The notes beneath the pieces were generated by a model. It saw only the letters and a list, made by a program, of their open reading frames with translations, made no database searches and had not been told where the DNA came from. From positions 32,001 through 96,000 of IMG/VR virus record IMGVR_UViG_3300028198_000256: 64,000 nucleotides of DNA; one strand, written 5' to 3'. The stretch comes from a virus. The translations under genes were made by a program, and so were the position numbers. Each line of letters opens with the position of its first letter. Within the stretch, counting starts at the first letter, position 1. Below, one piece after another: positions 29,367 to 38,680 of the stretch.

Positions 29367-29882
29367 TTAAGTTTTACACTTAGATGAGTGAACATCCACC
29401 GTTTCCTTCACACACGTTAATGATTCAATCGTAACTTCTCCTGGATATGGCCAAGTTTGTCTTGGTGGCAATTTCCCCACCTGACTCCCATTATCATACC
29501 ACCGTTCACCATATGCCATTTGATTAACAGGGTCTACCGTATCAAGAAAAGTAACTACTGTGGGGAAATACCCACTTTCAATTAACTGCAAATGATATTC
29601 CCAAGTAACTGTACCATATGCAACTATTATAACGTTATCACCAACATCACATAATTTTGCTGCGGCACCATTCACTGAAATAGTAAAAGATCTTTCATCG
29701 GGGATTGCATATGTTGTGAATCTCTCACCATTATTAATATTATATATTTCAATTTGTTGATAAGGTAATATATTCGACTTCTCTAATATATCATTGGAAA
29801 TACCACAAGAACCCTCATAATCAATATCACATTCTGTAATTGTTGCACCGTGTATTTTTGATTTTAATATCTGTATTTCCAT
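29367..29882 (-). CDS. panD: Aspartate 1-decarboxylase with C-terminal extension
   Basis: LKSKIHGATIT, YEG|SCGI self-cleavage site, NGERFTTYAI, NGAAA...GD.VII.AY. Confidence 0.9.
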   Translation of the reverse strand: MEIQILKSKIHGATITECDIDYEGSCGISNDILEKSNILPYQQIEIYNINNGERFTTYAIPDERSFTISVNGAAAKLCDVGDNVIIVAYGTVTWEYHLQLIESGYFPTVVTFLDTVDPVNQMAYGERWYDNGSQVGKLPPRQTWPYPGEVTIESLTCVKETVDVHSSKCKT

Positions 29883-29884
29883 AA

Positions 29885-30322
29885 TTATCCAACCGACCGA
29901 CTAACAAACGATTCCATACACGTTAATACACTCTCACTAAAATTCCTATGAGCATCACTTAACCCCTTTTGACCAAATTCACGCTTTAATCTATACCACA
30001 TATCTTTAGGAGTAAGTTCTTCCATAGTATGAAGTTCTTTATTAAATTTAGAAGAATAGTTCTCGGTAACTGTTTTAAATTTAACTAAATCTGAATATAA
30101 TCCATATTCTTTACCACGTCTTGGATCAAACGTAACATATCCAGACATATTCTTCCCAGATACATCAACCACACACTTACTAAATGACCTAGGCTCAATT
30201 GAATAATCTATAAGGTCTTGTTCATTCTCAAATAATTTATATACGGCATCTTCATACTTATCTTTGTTTTCAGAACACCCAACCAAAAATAATACCATAA
30301 ATACCAACACAACTTTCTTCAT
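29885..30322 (-). CDS. Lipoprotein
   Basis: Signal peptide with lipobox LVGC. Confidence 0.75.
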   Translation of the reverse strand: MKKVVLVFMVLFLVGCSENKDKYEDAVYKLFENEQDLIDYSIEPRSFSKCVVDVSGKNMSGYVTFDPRRGKEYGLYSDLVKFKTVTENYSSKFNKELHTMEELTPKDMWYRLKREFGQKGLSDAHRNFSESVLTCMESFVSRSVG

Positions 30323-30687
30323 ATCACACTCCCATTTTGTTCAATCATAAAATCATAATATAATACATATTCAAACGAATAAGCATAATCTTCATCTAAT
30401 TCTCTTAAATTTATATACTGATATACATGAACCATCTCATGCATAACCGTACTAATTATTGTACCCCTATCCATATCACGATCAATGTATATATCATATG
30501 AACTCCTATCATCTGGGTCGCATAATGCATATCCACGTAATGGTCCACCGGGTTCATTACTTAAATCATCAACATAAATTTTAATTTCAATATCATCTGG
30601 TATATCTAAACGATAACATACCCACTCAATGACTGCCTTAAATACAGACACATAATAATCATTAACGTCATCGTCATACGATACCAC
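30319..30687 (-). CDS. Small zincin-type metallopeptidase
   Basis: TVMHEMVHVYQ...EDYAY. Confidence 0.7.
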   Translation of the reverse strand: MVSYDDDVNDYYVSVFKAVIEWVCYRLDIPDDIEIKIYVDDLSNEPGGPLRGYALCDPDDRSSYDIYIDRDMDRGTIISTVMHEMVHVYQYINLRELDEDYAYSFEYVLYYDFMIEQNGSVI

Positions 30688-30693
30688 TTACAC

Positions 30694-31860
30694 TCAACGT
30701 AAATCCACGCCAATTGCTTCAGATATATTATTATAACCATCACGTCTAAGTAATTCTACAAGTCCTATATTAATTTCAGCTGAAATTTGAGGTCCGTGAA
30801 ATATCATACCAGTAATCAAATGTATTAATGTCGCACCACTTCTTATTTTCAAATAAGCATCTTCAGCAGTATCACACCCACCTATACCTATAACTATAAA
30901 TTTATATTCATTATCTTTAACATGTTGTCCACATACCTTAATTATATGATTAGTCATAGGACGTAATATATGTCCACTTAAACCACCACGGTCATCTGGC
31001 ATAACTCGTTTTTCTATCTTACCACCATGTATGACATATGTAACCTTATCATCATCGGGTATCAATTCACGTTTTACTGTAAGATTACAAGTCAAAATAC
31101 CATTAATACCATACGTATGCATAACATCTATCATCTGACAGATTTCTTCATCTGTATGATCTGGACCAATCTTACAATATACAGGATATTCATTCAACCC
31201 CATCAATTCTCTTACACTCTTAACCTTTACTAACAATTCTGTTAAATTTTCCATATCAAAAAAGGGATTAGATACCCCCAAATTAGGACAACTAAGATTA
31301 ATAGTAGTATAATCTCCATATGGAGACAATCGTTTAAATGAAGTTAATAAATCATCTATAACATCATCCTTATCAGATACACCGTTTGTTGCAGAAACTG
31401 ATACACCACAAACACCATCGGCATGTTTCCAATCAGGGGCAACACGGTCTGCCACATGTAATGAACCAGAATTATTCAACCCATACCAAACATTAATAGA
31501 TTGTGACTTAACCGCTCTCCATAATCTAACCGGTGGATTACCATCATGTGGTTCTTTTGAAAATGAACCAAGTTCAATACCAGAAAATCCTAAATCACGT
31601 ATGACAGGTGGCAATACCCCATACTTATCAAATCCAGCAGAAATCAACAATGGATTACTATAATGAACACCATTTACACCTTGAGATAACATAGTATTAT
31701 CATACCTATATAAATATCTCAATAACTTTTTACTATATGGGATACGTTGAACCCATCCTATAATATTTTTAACTACATCGTGTGCCGTTTCAGGACACAA
31801 TTTAAACAATATAGGTCGTAATAACCACTTATAAACAATCCTTTGCATTCTATACTTCAT
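30694..31860 (-). CDS. pyrD: Dihydroorotate dehydrogenase (quinone-type architecture)
   Basis: PETAH, SAGFDK, GNPPVRLWR, NLSCPN, KIGPD, GGLSG, IGIGG, GATLIHLITGMIFHGP. Confidence 0.9.
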   Translation of the reverse strand: MKYRMQRIVYKWLLRPILFKLCPETAHDVVKNIIGWVQRIPYSKKLLRYLYRYDNTMLSQGVNGVHYSNPLLISAGFDKYGVLPPVIRDLGFSGIELGSFSKEPHDGNPPVRLWRAVKSQSINVWYGLNNSGSLHVADRVAPDWKHADGVCGVSVSATNGVSDKDDVIDDLLTSFKRLSPYGDYTTINLSCPNLGVSNPFFDMENLTELLVKVKSVRELMGLNEYPVYCKIGPDHTDEEICQMIDVMHTYGINGILTCNLTVKRELIPDDDKVTYVIHGGKIEKRVMPDDRGGLSGHILRPMTNHIIKVCGQHVKDNEYKFIVIGIGGCDTAEDAYLKIRSGATLIHLITGMIFHGPQISAEINIGLVELLRRDGYNNISEAIGVDLR

Positions 31861-31869
31861 AATATTCCT

Positions 31870-32220
31870 TTATAATTTATTTCCTGGATTATGCTCTGAC
31901 GGCAATTCTTCATATTTCTCTTCTGGCATATGATTTCCACCACATCCACCCTCTATATGGTGGTTAGCGCCACAACCAAATTCACCAGTAAATGTATATT
32001 CGCCCAATCTTTGTGTCGTTATGTCCTTAACATTCTTAATATCATTCTTGAGTTTTGCTTCAATAGCAGACATATCTATTTCAGTTTGTTTTACATTATT
32101 TGTAACGTCAACTCCACGTTGAATATACTCTCCAACTAAAGAATTCCAATTAATATCATATGCACCATATACACCAACTAACGTACCTACCGTTAATAAC
32201 ACCTTATTTCGTTTTTTCAT
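31870..32220 (-). CDS. Membrane-anchored hypothetical protein
   Basis: N-terminal TM; GCGANH/GCGGNH repeat. Confidence 0.5.
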   Translation of the reverse strand: MKKRNKVLLTVGTLVGVYGAYDINWNSLVGEYIQRGVDVTNNVKQTEIDMSAIEAKLKNDIKNVKDITTQRLGEYTFTGEFGCGANHHIEGGCGGNHMPEEKYEELPSEHNPGNKL

Positions 32221-32222
32221 GA

Positions 32223-32471
32223 CTAACCTCTTTTCAAATTATCAATATGATAAACCCCATTAGTTTTCTCAAATTCAATCAACACATTATTTTCATCAAG
32301 TATTCGTTTAATAACACCACCACTTCCACTATTACTATCCCAATCCTTAAATGCCAAACACGACATACCCACTTTAACTGCATGTGTATTAAAAAAATCA
32401 ACTTCAAGCTTATCTTGAATCACTTGCAATTCTTCTTCACTTGGTTCTTTATCTTTACCAAATTTAAACAT
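32223..32471 (-). CDS. Hypothetical protein
   Basis: 82-aa ORF. Confidence 0.5.
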   Translation of the reverse strand: MFKFGKDKEPSEEELQVIQDKLEVDFFNTHAVKVGMSCLAFKDWDSNSGSGGVIKRILDENNVLIEFEKTNGVYHIDNLKRG

Positions 32472-32480
32472 AATTATTCC

Positions 32481-32966
32481 TTAACATCTGTTATTATATC
32501 TATAAATACCATCATCAATTACTCTCTTAGCCTCTGAATTATCACCCCACCCATTAACTTTTGCCCACTTGTTTTCATCTAAATCCTTATAATGTTCAAA
32601 GAAATGATATATACTCTCCAACTGGTCAATCGGAACATCTATAATATCATACCAATCAGAATATACCTCATCATCAGGTACTGCCAATATTTTAGGATCG
32701 TCACCCGACTCATCTACCATATGGAGAACCCCAATGACATTACATAATATTTTGCAATTAGGTATTAATGGATATGGTGTTATTACCAAAACATCAACAG
32801 CATCATTATCACCACCTATTGTATTTGGCAGACAACCATAATTGCAAGGATAGTGCATTGGTGTGTGTAAAAATCTATCAAATCTAAGCACACCCGTTTT
32901 ATGATCAACTTCATATTTAATATGTGAAGTTCCCATAGACATTTCAATCAATACGTCAATATTCAT
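32481..32966 (-). CDS. ppa: Inorganic pyrophosphatase (family I)
   Basis: KYEVD, DRFL...YPCNYG, DNDAVDVL, DESGDDPKILAV, FFEHYKDL. Confidence 0.93.
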   Translation of the reverse strand: MNIDVLIEMSMGTSHIKYEVDHKTGVLRFDRFLHTPMHYPCNYGCLPNTIGGDNDAVDVLVITPYPLIPNCKILCNVIGVLHMVDESGDDPKILAVPDDEVYSDWYDIIDVPIDQLESIYHFFEHYKDLDENKWAKVNGWGDNSEAKRVIDDGIYRYNNRC

Positions 32967-33135
32967 TTTTTTGTATATTCATTTAATACCTTTTCATTAA
33001 TAATGCCCATTTTATACAATTCATGTAATGTAACATTTACAGCTAAATACCAACCATGTCTAAACCCTGCCCTGAATGAAACCCCAGCACATATTCCTAA
33101 TAAAAATATCCATATTATATCTTCCATATCTATAT

Positions 33136-33777
33136 TTAGGAGTCATGATATATTATAAGAATGTTATGTAACCATTCAACCTCATAATATTCTGCAAATT
33201 CGTGTATTCCAGAAGATAAAAAATACAAAGCAAATATCGGAAATACATATGATGAAGCTTTAAATATATATTTCGTATTAAAATTGTTAATACGTGTTCC
33301 AATATATACTAATATACCAATACCAATCAAAAATCCAAATAACATACCAATAACATCTGATAATACTGATGTATATAATGAGAAATAAAATAACACAACT
33401 TCTACACCTTCTCTCAATATAGTAAAAAACGATACTAAGACAAATGCCATGGAATTATTATATTGTAAATGTTCGTTAATATGTTTATTTGCATTAACAC
33501 ACCAAACAGAAATATATAATAACATCAACCCAGTTATAACCTGTACATAACCCTCAAATAACTCTAAATCAGAATGTTCAAATATATCAACAAATAAATA
33601 AGCAACCAAGATTGATGACAGTATACCTAAAAATGAACCCAAATATACATATCTCTTATGTTCATATTCCGTCAACTTTAATATTATCATCAAAAGTAAT
33701 AATATCTCTATACCTTCTCTAACAATAATAAATAAAGAACTACTTAATGACGGTAAAAAATAATCCCCAAATTCCAT
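33136..33777 (-). CDS. FTR1-family iron permease
   Basis: Two RExxE motifs (REGIE, REGVE), multiple TM helices, GIHEF. Confidence 0.85.
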   Translation of the reverse strand: MEFGDYFLPSLSSSLFIIVREGIEILLLLMIILKLTEYEHKRYVYLGSFLGILSSILVAYLFVDIFEHSDLELFEGYVQVITGLMLLYISVWCVNANKHINEHLQYNNSMAFVLVSFFTILREGVEVVLFYFSLYTSVLSDVIGMLFGFLIGIGILVYIGTRINNFNTKYIFKASSYVFPIFALYFLSSGIHEFAEYYEVEWLHNILIIYHDS

Positions 33778-33786
33778 AATATACTC

Positions 33787-34104
33787 CTAATGCGATTCAT
33801 TCCCCAATGCCAATATTATATAATGAACAGCCTTTAGCAAATCATCTCTATTAGACCCATTCTTCTTACCATACCTCATTAAATATTTCAATGAATTATC
33901 AATACACGTATTAGTCATAGTTCCCCTAGCACGATATATATCAAGTACTTGTATATCATTATTATCATTAGTATAATGTGACACATAAGTAGATCCAATA
34001 TAATCTCTTATCTCTGATAAAACTCTAGTTTCATCATATCCTTCAGAATATGGCAATTCCATTGTTTCACTTTCTCTCATGGCAATGCCCCATTTAATAC
34101 CCAT
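33787..34104 (-). CDS. DUF3310-like phage protein
   Basis: YIGSTY.SHY...KYLMRYGKKNG...DLLKAVHY. Confidence 0.75.
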   Translation of the reverse strand: MGIKWGIAMRESETMELPYSEGYDETRVLSEIRDYIGSTYVSHYTNDNNDIQVLDIYRARGTMTNTCIDNSLKYLMRYGKKNGSNRDDLLKAVHYIILALGNESH

Positions 34105-34244
34105 TTAGAAGTAGGATGTCGTTTCTTTGTATATGACCCATGCCCACTTTGTTTACCAAATGATTTCCCACGGGCATTCTTTTGATCACTTCTAAATGGT
34201 TTAGCTCTTTTACTCATAAAACTCTCCTTTTAATATTTAACACC

Positions 34245-34273
34245 ATTATAACAGATTTTTAACCAAATGTCAA
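34245..34273 (-). promoter_or_regulatory. Consensus sigma70 promoter
   Basis: TTGACA-17-TATAAT with extended TG. Confidence 0.8.
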
Positions 34274-34382
34274 GTCATATTTTAATTTAAACTGACATTT
34301 ATAATATACCCAATACCTATTAATATTGCATTTGCACAAATAAAAATAGCAAATAATAACCCTAAAAATTTAAATTTCTCTT

Positions 34383-35336
34383 TCATGATACTAACGCCTT
34401 TAATGATTCACCATTACGAAATCTTCGTATCGTCTCCGATACCAAGTCCTTTACACTTATTACCTTTATCTTTGATGTCAACTCAGAAGTATGTTCTATG
34501 GAATCTGTAATATACAAAGTCCCGATATCAGACTGTTCTATTCGTTCAATAGACTTTCCAGAAAAAACACCATGAACTGCAACACAATCAACCCTCACCG
34601 ATCCAGACAACTTTAATGCCTCTGCAGCACCAACCAATGTTCCCCCACCATCAATCATATCATCTACTATAACACATTTTTTACCTTCAACATCACCAAT
34701 AACATTCATAACTTCAGACATACCCGGCTCTGGTCGACGTTTATCAATAATTGCGATTGGTAAATTTAATTCCTTTGCAAAATACCTTGCACGACCAGAA
34801 CCACCCACATCAGCAGCAACCACAACATCCCAATAAGAAGGAACAATTGCGGCAACAATAGAATCCCTCATAGTTTTTAAAGCTGATATATGTTCACAAA
34901 CAACATTGTTATTAAAAAATGCTTGTGTTTGTAAAGAATGTAAATCCATACAGATTACTGAATTTATACCAGAATAACAGAGCATATTAGCAAACACCTT
35001 ACCAGATATAGGACTTCTATTAGTACGTCTATCTTGTCTAGCATATGCATAATATGGGAATATAACATTAATAACAGATGGATTTGAACGTCTAACTGCA
35101 TCAATAAGTAACATCAATTCCATTATATCATTGTTTCTATTAGAACCTACCCCAGATTTAAATCCAGCTATAATAAAAACTTCCTCTAACCGAATGTTCT
35201 CCTTAATCTCTACATAAATCTCTGAATCAGGAAAATCTCTAATTTTCACCTTGGTCAATCTCATACCAAGATTCTCAGCAACTTGTTTGGCCAACTTTGT
35301 ATTAGACCGTGTTGAAATTATTATAGATTTTTTCAT
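34383..35336 (-). CDS. prs: Ribose-phosphate pyrophosphokinase (PRPP synthetase)
   Basis: FPDSEI, MELMLLIDA, PYYAYARQDR, MDLH, IDKRR, VDDMIDGGGTL. Confidence 0.95.
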   Translation of the reverse strand: MKKSIIISTRSNTKLAKQVAENLGMRLTKVKIRDFPDSEIYVEIKENIRLEEVFIIAGFKSGVGSNRNNDIMELMLLIDAVRRSNPSVINVIFPYYAYARQDRRTNRSPISGKVFANMLCYSGINSVICMDLHSLQTQAFFNNNVVCEHISALKTMRDSIVAAIVPSYWDVVVAADVGGSGRARYFAKELNLPIAIIDKRRPEPGMSEVMNVIGDVEGKKCVIVDDMIDGGGTLVGAAEALKLSGSVRVDCVAVHGVFSGKSIERIEQSDIGTLYITDSIEHTSELTSKIKVISVKDLVSETIRRFRNGESLKALVS

Positions 35337-37063
35337 AAATTATCTTTACATAATGTTTCAATTATATTTTTCATTGCAATAGATTGATCATCTGGGGCAA
35401 TCTCTATATTTAATACATAAGATTGTGACACATCATCTAATGCAGTTTCTAATGCATTCCTGAATTGAGAAGAATCTGATATATACATCCCAACACCACC
35501 ATCCATTAAATCTGTTATTTTATCATATCTCCAATTATGAATATCATTGAACTCACCTTCCATAATTGCCTTTTCAGTAGAATATCCCCTATTATTAAGT
35601 ATAAGAATAACAGTATTCAACTCATTACGAATGTGGGATGAAAATTCAGAACCCGTCATTTGAAAGGCACCATCACCAACAATGACTATTGGTCTTTTAT
35701 GTGGTTTTGCATACTTAACACCAACTGCGGCAGGAACCGAAAATGACATAGATGTATAATATGCCATACATAAAAATTGTCCTTTCCTCATAGGAACATC
35801 AATAATACCAAATAACGATTCACCTATATCTGATATTACTATATGATCCTCACTTATCAATTCACCTATAGTATCAAATACATATTCCAATTTAGTAGGA
35901 TTCGTCATGTCATGTGACTTAAATGACAATTTACTGGTATCTACAATATTAGTCCATCTACTTATAGAATTATCAGATTGAATCTCAGAATCATCTAAAT
36001 ATACCAAAAATGAACGAACCAATTCATAAAAATCCTCAGTTGTGGATTTTAATGTTTTAATATGTTTATTTTGAAACATGATACCATCATCCATATTAAT
36101 AGAAATATCAGCAACAAAATCAAATGATTCAATATCCGTATTAACCATACCAATAGTAACAATACAGTCTGATTTTTTTATCTCATCAATAACTGACGAA
36201 TCAGAAAATAAACCAGAAACACACCCAATAGAATTTCGACTGAACTCTGAAATGGTGGATTTACCAAGCAAAGTTGTAAATATTGGAATATTAAACTTCT
36301 TTGCAAAATTAAGAATATGATCTTCTAATGAATTACGAAATACCTCATGACCAATAATTAAAACCCTATTACTTGCAGATTTAAATTTATTCAAATTATC
36401 ATATGGTAAATTTATAGATTTGCATTCTTTAGAAAATGGAGTATCCTTAACAATGACATTATTAGAATCCTTCACATATGCTGGAAAGATTTTTGATGGT
36501 ACATCATCCCCATATACTGTTTGAAATTTCTTCAAATATTCATCAACTGAACGTACTATATCTTTATTTGAAAATTCAATATAAATTGGTCTAGAATGTT
36601 TTCGCATTTTATTCAATGCCAAATGAATCATAGACATATTAAAAAACATATCTTCAGAATCTAACGAATAAGTATTAGTGGTTATATTCTTGAATATATC
36701 CCTTTGTGTATTTGCATTATTGATTGTGTGATGTCTATTTGGATTTACCAATAAATCATCAGATGATGGTTTACCAACAAGAATAACAACTGGTGACCTT
36801 TCCGCATAGGCACCAGCAACCGAATTCATAATATTCATAGCACCAACTGAATACGTGACACATACCACACCACAACCACGTAATCTACCATATGCATCTG
36901 CGGCATATCCAGCAGAATCTTCTCTACTCACTCCAACATATTCCATATCAGAATGTTCTTCAATTTCACGCATAAAATTTAACGTGTAATCTCCTGGTAT
37001 ACCAAATATATGACCTGCACCATATAACTTTAATTGTTCTATTAAAAAATGTCCTAAATTCAT
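35333..37063 (-). CDS. ThDP-dependent alpha-keto-acid (pyruvate/indolepyruvate) decarboxylase
   Basis: FGIPGDY, AADAYGR, TYSVGA, AGAYAE, HHT, GDGAFQMTG...NNRGY. Confidence 0.9.
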   Translation of the reverse strand: MNLGHFLIEQLKLYGAGHIFGIPGDYTLNFMREIEEHSDMEYVGVSREDSAGYAADAYGRLRGCGVVCVTYSVGAMNIMNSVAGAYAERSPVVILVGKPSSDDLLVNPNRHHTINNANTQRDIFKNITTNTYSLDSEDMFFNMSMIHLALNKMRKHSRPIYIEFSNKDIVRSVDEYLKKFQTVYGDDVPSKIFPAYVKDSNNVIVKDTPFSKECKSINLPYDNLNKFKSASNRVLIIGHEVFRNSLEDHILNFAKKFNIPIFTTLLGKSTISEFSRNSIGCVSGLFSDSSVIDEIKKSDCIVTIGMVNTDIESFDFVADISINMDDGIMFQNKHIKTLKSTTEDFYELVRSFLVYLDDSEIQSDNSISRWTNIVDTSKLSFKSHDMTNPTKLEYVFDTIGELISEDHIVISDIGESLFGIIDVPMRKGQFLCMAYYTSMSFSVPAAVGVKYAKPHKRPIVIVGDGAFQMTGSEFSSHIRNELNTVILILNNRGYSTEKAIMEGEFNDIHNWRYDKITDLMDGGVGMYISDSSQFRNALETALDDVSQSYVLNIEIAPDDQSIAMKNIIETLCKDNL

Positions 37064-37106
37064 ACAACCACCTTTATTTAAAAGTATTACATAATATCTA
37101 ACATCT

Positions 37107-37889
37107 CTATAGTTCTTCTGGATTACCCCTTGTCGATTCTAAATGTTCAGCCCACGCACAACAGTCATGATACCCTGATGATGAATGATCATTAAAAGAA
37201 TCTATTTCAAATTGCAATAATCCACCACACATACCCCATATATATTGTCCAATCAAATACATTCTAGAATATCCAGAAACAACCCTACCATTACAATCAA
37301 AATATTTTAATAATCCAATATGTCTGAATCCAACAAGTTCTAATGGGTGTCGTGTAACTATATCACAATTATTTTTAAATCTATAAAATGTTGGAGTAAA
37401 CGAAGATGCAAAATCAGAATCACCCACTCTAGGCGACCCAAAAGTATATCCTATAGAATCTTTTCCACCAAATCGTGATGAGGCTAAAGTACATAAAGCA
37501 GCTCCCAAACTATGACCTGTAAAATATACATTCCTGTGTTTATCTCCGACTATTGAATAATCTACATAATGTTGAAACAAATCATCATATATCAAGTCTA
37601 ATGCACCCTTAAACCCCCTATGAACACTACCAATACTGTCTGATTCAACCTTTCTAAATTTTATATCTGCCTCAATATCTGACAATTGTGTCGGTTCCGT
37701 CCCCCGAAATACATATATAATATCTTCATCATCCCATAATCCATAACATTGAGTAGACCCATTATTAAAAAACTTAATATCATATTTCTCTGAATATATT
37801 TCTGAGAAATCTGCAACATCCAAATAAGCATTCATAGACAATCCAGAAAAAAACGTTGCATTTTTATAACTAAATTCCCTATTTAACAT
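37107..37889 (-). CDS. Class 3 lipase
   Basis: VFRGTE, VHRGF, TGHSLGAAL, TFGSPRVG, DIV, DH. Confidence 0.9.
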   Translation of the reverse strand: MLNREFSYKNATFFSGLSMNAYLDVADFSEIYSEKYDIKFFNNGSTQCYGLWDDEDIIYVFRGTEPTQLSDIEADIKFRKVESDSIGSVHRGFKGALDLIYDDLFQHYVDYSIVGDKHRNVYFTGHSLGAALCTLASSRFGGKDSIGYTFGSPRVGDSDFASSFTPTFYRFKNNCDIVTRHPLELVGFRHIGLLKYFDCNGRVVSGYSRMYLIGQYIWGMCGGLLQFEIDSFNDHSSSGYHDCCAWAEHLESTRGNPEEL

Positions 37890-37890
37890 A

Positions 37891-38097
37891 TCAATCTCCA
37901 GAACAATTAACTTTTATTGAATTTGGCGCCACAGCCTCACTTACTTGTTCACGAAGGGCAACTCTGCCCATATCACTAATAGAACAATATTGTTCTACTG
38001 TATGATATGCCGCCAATTTTACTGTATCCATCTTAGAACAACCATACAACATGATAATAATTGACATTATCAAACTCAACTTAACTAACCTTTTCAT
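37891..38097 (-). CDS. Small lipoprotein
   Basis: MKRLVKL...LYGC lipobox. Confidence 0.7.
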   Translation of the reverse strand: MKRLVKLSLIMSIIIMLYGCSKMDTVKLAAYHTVEQYCSISDMGRVALREQVSEAVAPNSIKVNCSGD

Positions 38098-38098
38098 A

Positions 38099-38227
38099 TT
38101 ACTCTCCTATTATAATTTTACCTTCTAATGTTTGTGAAGCCGATATTCTTATTGGGGTCATATTAGAACACCCAATAGACGAAATAATAATTAATAATAT
38201 CAAATTCACTTTAACTAACTTTTTCAT
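38099..38227 (-). CDS. Very small lipoprotein with a paralogous signal peptide (not in ORF track)
   Basis: Manual translation MKKLVKVNLILLIIISSIGCSNMTPIRISASQTLEGKIIIGE. Confidence 0.5.
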   Translation of the reverse strand: MKKLVKVNLILLIIISSIGCSNMTPIRISASQTLEGKIIIGE

Positions 38228-38257
38228 ATACCACCCCGCACATATATCTTCTGGTTA

Positions 38258-38288
38258 GAATAATTCCGTCAAATTGGCGGAATTATTC
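38258..38288. terminator. Intergenic hairpin / probable terminator
   Basis: GAATAATTCCGTC-AAATT-GGCGGAATTATTC. Confidence 0.55.
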
Positions 38289-38300
38289 ATAATAAATATA

Positions 38301-38618
38301 TTAATTGAAATTATATCGGTACTCTACCGCTACATTTTCAAGATGTTGATCATTCCCTTCAAATAAATCCCAAGGTCCAGACATTTGTTGTCTATTATAC
38401 ATCATGGTAACTTCATGTGATTTTGAACCAACATAAGCAGTAGTGAATAATCGTAGACCATTAGTATCTTGATCACCACTCCAAAAATTATCTAAGTTAT
38501 CCATATCTTGAGTCCAACGAAAACCAGCATCCTTCATTTTCATTGAAAATGAATCTGCAACAGCCACCGTTGTTGTAAATGCAAATAATACAGTTAATAA
38601 AATTAATACCTTCTTCAT
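38301..38618 (-). CDS. Secreted protein, possible small outer-membrane beta-strand protein
   Basis: Start MKKVLILL (GAGG SD), AVA-D signal cleavage site, C-terminal VEYRYNFN. Confidence 0.6.
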   Translation of the reverse strand: MKKVLILLTVLFAFTTTVAVADSFSMKMKDAGFRWTQDMDNLDNFWSGDQDTNGLRLFTTAYVGSKSHEVTMMYNRQQMSGPWDLFEGNDQHLENVAVEYRYNFN

Positions 38619-38650
38619 ATTTTTTTCCTCTTTGTTGTAAAAATGAAACA

Positions 38651-38680
38651 TAATGTGGGTATTTTCCAACACCCACATTA
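38651..38680 (-). terminator. Hairpin bounding the 3' end of the tmRNA coding piece
   Basis: Perfect 10-bp stem TAATGTGGGT/ACCCACATTA followed by a U-rich tract. Confidence 0.6.
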
